64,000 bases of DNA from Vicugna vicugna (Eukaryota), in NCBI GenBank assembly GCA_013265495.1, contig MU058039.1:250591-314590 (forward strand). Reading direction: 5' to 3'. The translations under genes were made by a program, and so were the position numbers. The notes beneath the pieces were generated by a model. It saw nothing but the letters and a program-made list of their open reading frames with translations, was not told the DNA's origin and did no database searches. How positions within the stretch are numbered: position 1 is the first letter of the stretch; each line of letters starts with the position of its first letter. This document shows positions 58,587 through 64,000 of the stretch, in pieces.

Positions 58587-59413
58587 CTGCTGAAAACCCG
58601 TGCTTTGCTTCTCAAGTCAGAGTCCTTTCTCCCACATGACTTGGGCTCTGCAAGTGAGTGTACCAACTAGTAAACTCATACGGCCTTCAGAGAAAAGAGA
58701 AGTGAAGGGCCAAGAGACAACTATATTCCAGTGACTTGAGGAGTCCAAAGAATAAAGAGATCGTTAGGTGGGAAAATTATTTATTAAGTTTTTAACTGAT
58801 ATAGGCTCTGTCCCTTATTTTGCTACAGAAAAAAACAATAAAATTTCGACAATCACAGGTTCTTCCTGAGCTTTCTTCCAATAAAAGGTGTTTCTAGTAT
58901 ATCATTCAGGGTAAAATATGAAGTTCTTAAAACATACTATTCAGTTACAAAACACAAATAAGAGAATGTGTTTTTTGTAATGAATCGTGTTCACTTGAAC
59001 TGTTAGTGAAGTGCACTGCTCCACCCTATCACTATATAAATGATATAAGCTTTTCTGTAGTCAGAAGAACCATTCATTTCTGCATCTATTAAAAAATATT
59101 TAGAGCTACTTTGGCAGATCTAAATTGTAACAATACAGCATAGCCTGTTTTTTCTGGCAATATAGCCAAGTGTCCCAGAATTCAATTCTTTCCCCTTGAT
59201 CATCAAGGAAGATGGAAAGGAAGACAGAAGGAAGATAGGTAAATTATATCTGAAGGATGGAGAAGATAAATGTGCCCTATGAAACTATCTATGTCCACTT
59301 CCAGTAATTTAAAACTATTATTTTGAGAATAAGAAGAAGAAATTTAATTACTTAAAAACAATCTTGAAGTAACATTTCACGCAGCCATTCCAAAGGTACA
59401 TCCTGAAATACTA

Positions 59414-59659
<246 letters not shown>

Positions 59660-60809
59660 TCAGAAGCCTCTCACACGATGAGACACTAAAGAAACTGGTG
59701 CTTCTGAAGTTTCTTTCTATGCTTGTTGCTGTAGATATTTCCTGCATATAGAATATCTCATTATACACATAAGGCGAGGAATTAATGAAGTAAATATAAT
59801 GTCCCAATTAAAAGAAAGAGGATACACAAGTACCCTGTATAATGTGTATCTCATATATCATACATTCCCAATAAACGCAAGTTTCTTTCTTATCTTTAAG
59901 AAGGGGTAAAGTAGGGTAAATTTTCCTGTAAAATCTCTATAAAATTTGTATAAAATTAAAGAATTTATTGAAACCTCATGTTGGTCATTATATCAGAATA
60001 TACATCATCGGCATTTTCCTTGCTACCAATAATTTAGTAAATATTTTTAATACACTGTAGAATAGCTCCACATAATGAATATATTTGACTTAACAAGTTT
60101 GCATAATTGAACATTTTAGAATAGGATAATTTCATAAGCATTTCTTACTTTGGGGATTTTATAATTCTCAACAGCTTTTCTATGTGAATGATGATCTTTC
60201 TTGTTACTATTCACTACTTAAAAATGTACCTTTTCCTTATTCTAAGCAATAGAAAGGTGAAAAGATAATCCAAACTTACATATTCAGGATTAGTACAAAA
60301 TGTTGAATCTCAAAATGATCCATGTTATTGGTATTTGTCAATTACGGATTCCCAGGAAAGATCCCTGACTGACCTCTCTGTATTCAATCCTTAATCATGT
60401 TCCTAATCTTGAAAGCTTACAAAGCATGAGCTCTTGCCACTTGCGGACACTAAGCCCACTCAAGACCAACTCCTTCTTGTCTAACCAGAAAACTTAGGTT
60501 TAAAGAGAAGTTCAAGGTTTTCTCATGTGCAGTGTCATGTAACACTCTATAAAATCAAGGAATCTGCTCTTGTATCAGTGCTCCCAGTCAAAGATGCTCA
60601 TTGAATTTTTGCATACGTACATGAATATAGGTTAGATTAGAAAGACATACTTAGGGAAGACATCACTTATAAGAATGGAACAAACTAGGAAGCACATTCC
60701 TGAGTGGGGTCAGTTAGGAAGGAAGTTTCAGGAATAAGGGATGCAAACATGCACATAGCCTGTAAAAAAAGTGACTATTTAAAGACAGCAGGAGGAAATA
60801 CTGATTTAC

Positions 60810-60818
60810 CTGAGCCAT
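60810..60818 (-). CDS. ZNF420: ZNF420 first coding exon (MAQ)
   Basis: Minus strand aaaaccATGGCTCAG|gtaaat: strong Kozak context and phase 0, fitting KRAB-A. Probable acceptor ttttcttctccccag| at 60899. Human begins MAR (recalled). The promoter lies beyond the window. Confidence 0.8.
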
Positions 60819-61074
60819 GGTTTTTAGAGCTGCAAGAAATGATCGATCATCTTCTGGATTTCTATCCTAGAGAAGCACAGTGTATGGAAAAGGCAGGGCT
60901 GGGGAGAAGAAAACAGAACCATGAGACCATGCTCTTTGCAAAGCTCCAAATGAGTAAGTTAGAATTATCTTTGTTGTTCTCTTCCTGTCTCTTGCTCCCA
61001 TTCCCAAAATACACACTAAGCAGGGGAGATACAGGAGGTGGTTTTTACTCTGGTCAAAAGCAATGCTCTTTCTT

Positions 61075-61200
61075 GGGGGAAGAGTATAGCTCAAGCAGTA
61101 GAGTGCATGCTTAGCACACACAAGGTCCCTCCTCTAAAAATAAATAAATAAGTAAACCTAATTACTCACCCCTCCCAAAAAAACCAGCAAAAATATCCCT
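61075..61200 (+). mobile_element. tRNA-derived SINE, camelid Vic-1-like, with internal deletion
   Basis: gggggaagagtatagctcaagcagtagagtgcatgcttagca (A-box head), tail aaataaataaataagtaaacctaattac, TSD caatgctc(t/c)ttct at 61061-61073 / 61201-61213. No B-box visible. Confidence 0.8.
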
Positions 61201-61904
61201 CAATGCTCCTTCTGTGTACAAAAAGAAAATACAACTTCTCTACTATTTCTGAAATAAAACTTAGACAATAAGACACACTTATATCCATTATGCCAAAAAT
61301 AGAGATAATGGCCAACTGTTATATTTCAATATGTTAAGGACCATACACAACAACATAAAAGGTACAGATAATTAACTTATGTTTACAACTACTTAAAATG
61401 AACAAATTGAGGTTTATAAGATTACAATATTCAATTAAATATTGTTGACATCTTTTATTTATAGTTGACATTTTGAAATAAAGGCTGTGTGTTTGTGTAT
61501 ATATATGTATGTGTGTCTGTGTATGTGTGGGTGGAATCAATGAAATGCATTATCTACAAATGGAGACTTCTACAAGCATGTGATACTGGCAAGTCAAACA
61601 TCACAAACAGTGTTGCCATCAGTGCTGGAATTTTTCAAAATGGTTTTTAAAAACTCAGTAAGCTTCTGAATAAAACAAAATTCAGTATTTTCTCAAACAG
61701 TAGCGTTCCCAGAATATTTAGCTAATAATAAAACTATGCTATAGTAATAAAATAGATATATTCAGCAATTTGAAAAAATCATACAAGAATGCTTTATGTG
61801 AAAGGTTCTAGACCCAGATAATTATAAACACATTTCTTCCTAGCTCTGGTCCACATTTTGCAGGTCACAAAACAATTTTTTATTGTGCACTTCAGGACTT
61901 TTAG

Positions 61905-62110
61905 ATTAGAAGCTGGCAAACTACTGCCCACCAACTATTTTTGAAAATAAAGTTTTACTGGAACACATCTACAATCATTCATTTATATACTCTGGCTACT
62001 TTCACACTATAGTGGCAGAGTTGAATAGTTGCAAGAGAGACCATATGGCCTATACAACCTAAAATATTTGCTGTCTAGGCCTCTACAGAAAAGCTGCCTA
62101 ATCTATGATC
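61905..62110. mobile_element. MER58A-like hAT element
   Basis: ggcaaactac...aaataaagttttactggaacac...ggcagagttgaatagttgcaagagagaccatatggcc...cctaaaatattt. Confidence 0.75.
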
Positions 62111-62469
62111 TAGATCCATGGCTTGCTTCAGTCCTTCAAGAGCCAGAAGCCTTTGCCCTCAACCCAGTTTTTTAACATTCAAAAGCACCCAGCTCTACTT
62201 CCAAAACATCCCTAGGGATAGTCACTGCCCCTACAGAGAATCCTTGATATAGGTGCTCAATAAATATTTAATTAGAAATTCCACTTCTTCCAGCTGCAAG
62301 AGATAACTGTGACCATCATAACAAAAACAAAAATAATTCAAATAAGATGAAAAATCATAATTAAAAAGATTCATCACAGAGCTGAAGATATAAACAAATT
62401 TAAATGAACTAAACTCCAAAAAGTGCCAAGCTCTTCTTAAAAGACATATATGGATGCTCCCAACCTTGG

Positions 62470-64000
62470 GAGGGCTTAAACTAAGTTTTAATTATCCTAA
62501 AGGTAAACAGTCCAATCATTCCAATAAAAAGACAATGTCAAGATGAGATAAGAAAACAAATTTCAACTACATGCTCTTTACAATAAATGTACTTTAAAGA
62601 CACAGCTGGGTTAAAAGTTAAATGGAGGAATATATACCATAGAAATACTAAGCATAAGAAAGCTTGTGTACCTGTATTAATATAAGACAAAGACAAAATA
62701 GACTTGAAGACAAAGAGTAAACTGGAGATAAACAATAAATTCATCAAGAAAACAAGCAATCCTAAATGTGTAGAGATTTAACAAAAAAGCATCAAAATAT
62801 ATGAAGCACAACTTGACAGAACTAATGGGAGAAACAGACAAATCCACAAGCAGATCTGGAAATTTTAACATCCTTCTCTCAGTAATTGATAGAAAAAGTA
62901 GATTAAAAAATCAGTAACAATATAGAAGATTTATACAATACTACCAAGTACCTTGTTATAACTGATAACATACCCAACTGTCAAGAATACCACACCCAAC
63001 TGTCAAGAGCTGAGCAGTGCTAGAGAGCTGAGTGGCCAGTTGTTGGAAAAACTGATGAAGACAACAAGACAACAGCCAAAATGGAAGTAACAGTCAGGCC
63101 CTTAATCACTTACTAATCAGTTAGTACAAGCCAAGAGTCTAACCCAGAGAGTGTTGACTCCCGCACTGATCCATTTTCCCCTATGGTACAGCACTTAGAG
63201 AAGATTATAGATGGATAAACACAAGTGTAGGGAATCATCTCACTGATAAGTGAGTACCAAACAAAAGGCTCCTCCCATTTCATGGACCAGGGCATGGAGA
63301 GGAAGATGGGGGGAGGGCTAGGAGTAGAAAAAGTTTGAGTACTGAGTCACAGTGGAGAAAAAGTATCTTCAAGGTTTGCCTCCCTATCCATGATAAGAAG
63401 TCTTGATAGAGGTGACTGATAAAGAGGTATCATAACGGAGGTGCTTGGGCTAGGAAGGCAGATATGCAGAGGGGCCTGAGTACTTGGACTGCAACTCCAT
63501 TAGGATCTTGGACTGCAAGTCCCTCAACACACTGGCTATGCACTAACTCATGTGTGGGAAAGAAATAAGCATCAAAAATAGTTTACATTTTAATCAGAGT
63601 ATATTGTCTGGTATTTGTCCACACATTGTTAAATAAGAAAGAGAAAGAGAGAAAGAGAGAGAGAGTGAAAGGAAGGAAGGAAGGAAGGAAGGAAGGAAGG
63701 AAGGAAGGAAGGAAGAAAGGAAGAAAGGAAGTCTAATAGAATCTCCAAATATTTGCAGATTAAACAAACTTCTAAATAACCTGAGAAGAAATCACAAAAG
63801 ACATTAAAAATTATGTTGACCTGAATGACTAGGAAAATACAACTTACTAAATTTTGTGGGCTGCGCAAACGCAGTTAAGGAAAATTTATAGCTTTAAATA
63901 TTATCTTAGAAAAAAAGGAAAGTGTACCATTAATGATTTAGGATCCCACCTTAAGGAGCTGGAAAGAGAAAAACAAATGAAGCCCAAAGTAAGGGGAAAA
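62470..64000 (+). mobile_element. Old L1 ORF2 endonuclease region, interrupted by an LTR-like insert (~63001-63625) and (GGAA)n
   Basis: caactacatgctctttacaa; gacaaatccacaagcagatctggaaattttaacatccttctctcagtaattgataga; ggaaaatttatagctttaaat. Confidence 0.65.
63636..63731. repeat. Polypurine (GA)n/(GGAA)n microsatellite
   Basis: GA-rich run followed by about 11 perfect GGAA units. Confidence 0.92.

Noticed and set aside
60280..60323. Alternative ZNF420 start exon (MDHFEIQHFVLILN, donor gtaagt)
   Set aside because: Ends in phase 2, incompatible with the phase-0 KRAB-A exon; the MAQ exon fits.
61075..61125. tRNA gene
   Set aside because: Only an A-box-like head with no T-arm or B-box; the A-rich tail and TSD identify it as a SINE.

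Overview
AT-rich, repeat-dense mammalian DNA from a KRAB-C2H2 zinc-finger cluster. It is probably camelid, inferred from a Vic-1-like tRNA-derived SINE and the young L1 3' ends. Two complete protein-coding genes can be assembled from canonical splice sites. ZNF570 lies on + (coding exons 13257-13289, 17181-17307, 17642-17737, 27368-28722; 536 aa; KRAB-A+B; 11 fingers). ZNF420/Apak lies on - (60810-60818, 59431-59557, 44246-46176; 688 aa; KRAB-A only; 19 fingers). The two genes are tail-to-tail. Upstream are two CpG-island promoters carrying near-identical ZNF143-type motifs; the first probably also drives a minus-strand gene leaving the window, likely ZNF569 by synteny. Between the islands is a four-layer nest: L1 > LTR > SUMO2 processed pseudogene > solo ERV1-type LTR. 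The rest is L1, L2, MIR, MaLR, MER21-like and hAT repeats. I see no evidence for a wholly new biological system. The best leads are loss of the ATM Ser68-Gln motif in ZNF420, a TSD-flanked non-coding orphan retrocopy, the twin promoters, an internally deleted L1, and finger-array homogenisation and fossil fingers. Gene identities and repeat family names come from recall, not database searches.
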